This document shows, piece after piece, positions 62,735 through 64,000 of a DNA stretch of 64,000 bases. Origin of the DNA: Mobula hypostoma (taxonomy: Eukaryota); the NCBI RefSeq assembly GCF_963921235.1, contig NC_086097.1, positions 205,408,001 to 205,472,000 of the forward strand. The letters run 5' to 3'. Within the stretch, counting starts at the first letter, position 1. Each line of letters begins with the position of its first letter. Under the pieces are notes generated by a model that saw nothing but the letters and a program-made list of their open reading frames with translations, ran no database searches and had not been told where the DNA came from. A program made the translations under genes and the position numbers.

Positions 62735-64000
62735 TATGTACTTCATTGTACTGCTGCATCAAAACAACAAATTTCACAGTGATATTAAATCTAATTCTGC
62801 ATCTGAGATCACCAGAATATATATCAGCATGAGAAAATAATATTACTACCTGCTGACTGGTCCTGAATCAATGTTCTAATCACATTCACACTGTCATTTT
62901 AATTTGCAACCATTCTGCATCTGCTGTATGATTCCATGCAAATTGTGATTCCAACCAACAGGCAATGGTGTTCCTGCATATTGGAGTGAATGTCATTGCT
63001 GTTAATCTTCAATGCCTTAATATCACATCTTGCCGTTAACAGACCTCGCACTGGAAGCAGAACAGATCTACAGACAAATGAGAAATTGTTCAACCAATTT
63101 CACCTGCATTCCAAATCTGAGGTAATTCCCACTGCAGGCCCCTGGACCATGCAATCTACGTTGGTAGCCATCTTGCAACAAAGGCATATTGGGGCTGAAA
63201 TGTGCCAAAGCCACTGGTGCCCAATTATAGTTTCTGTGAGAGTATCGGATTTTAAGACCTCAAAAAATGCAGTAAGCTCATGGTCTATTGTGCAGCACTG
63301 ATTCCTGCTGTCCGGTAAATTTCAAAGAATTTGAACCCCAATGGCATCTCAAGCACTGATGGTATCACTAGAATGGTCTCTGTCAAATCTTCTAAATTCA
63401 TTGTCAAGATAAGCAAACCAATATAAGTGTCATATCCCAGATCAATGTTCCTCAATTCAGGGATCTAATCAAGCTCATTGTTGTCAATTTCCTCCCTGCA
63501 ATTCACGCTGTCAGATATTGACCCCCCCCCCCCAACTTTTATCAACGCCCAATAGAAAACACTCTATCATAGAATATAGAACATAGAATAGTACAGCACA
63601 GTACTGGCCCTTTGGCCCACAATGTTGTGCCAACCTTCAAACCCTGCCTCCCATAAAACCCCCCACCTTAAATTCCTCCATATACCTGTCTAGTAGTCTC
63701 TTAAATTTCACTAGTGTATCTGCCTCCACCACTGACTCAGGCAGTGCATTCCACGCACCAACCACTCTCTGAGTAAAAAACCTTCCTCAAATACCCCCTT
63801 AAACTTTCCACCCCTTATCTTAAAGCCATGTCCTCTTGTGTTGAGCAGTGGTGCCCTGGGGAAGAGGCACCGGCTAGCCACTCTATCTATTCCTCTTAAT
63901 ATCTTATACACCTCTATCATGTCTCCTCTCATCCTCAGAATTAAGTTTAATATCACTGTGAAATTTGTTGTTTTGATGCAGCAGTACAATGCAGTACATA
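62735..64000. repeat. 65-bp inverted repeat pair of Rex tails (62735-62799 and 63936-64000)
   Basis: 62 of 65 positions identical by eye, and both arms share the same internal shortening relative to the Rex tail at 32570-32650. Confidence 0.85.
63565..63935 (-). mobile_element. CR1 3' end
   Basis: RMRGDMIEVYKILRGIDRV...TRGHGFKIRGGKF plus tail. Confidence 0.9.

Noticed and set aside
62900..63300. 103-aa ORF 62990..63301
   Set aside because: Region shows faint RTE-like remnants (YVGSHL); not a credible host CDS.

Overview
Eukaryotic, vertebrate, repeat-dense DNA, probably a large intron or intergenic region. The repeat mix (CR1 LINEs with ...ctatgtttctatg tails, V-SINEs, a Deu-domain SINE remnant, Rex1/Babar, RTE, Gypsy, Neptune-type Penelope-like elements) fits a cartilaginous fish, likely a ray; this is an inference, not a database result. 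Nearly all long ORFs are broken retroelement RT, endonuclease or integrase frames. I see no intact host gene; the best host-exon candidate is a 94-nt minus-strand exon at 5657-5750 that could encode a signal-peptide-like leader. The most notable system is a Penelope-like element (PLE) family whose 3' tail carries a minimal type I hammerhead ribozyme followed by a structured RNA tail. Two copies have an intact core (3997-4034, 43439-43476) and at least six are decayed. The same tail has spread as short non-autonomous insertions with 11-15 bp target-site duplications (TSDs). One of these is a retrozyme-like cassette in which two same-orientation hammerhead units bracket about 340 bp of unrelated sequence (4252-4828). 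Also present: a poly(A)+ retrocopy of an apparent mRNA 3' UTR with a 15-bp TSD, a tRNA-Arg-derived SINE, and an inverted duplicated tail that may mark a local inversion. Repeat boundaries are read by eye and approximate unless a TSD is quoted.
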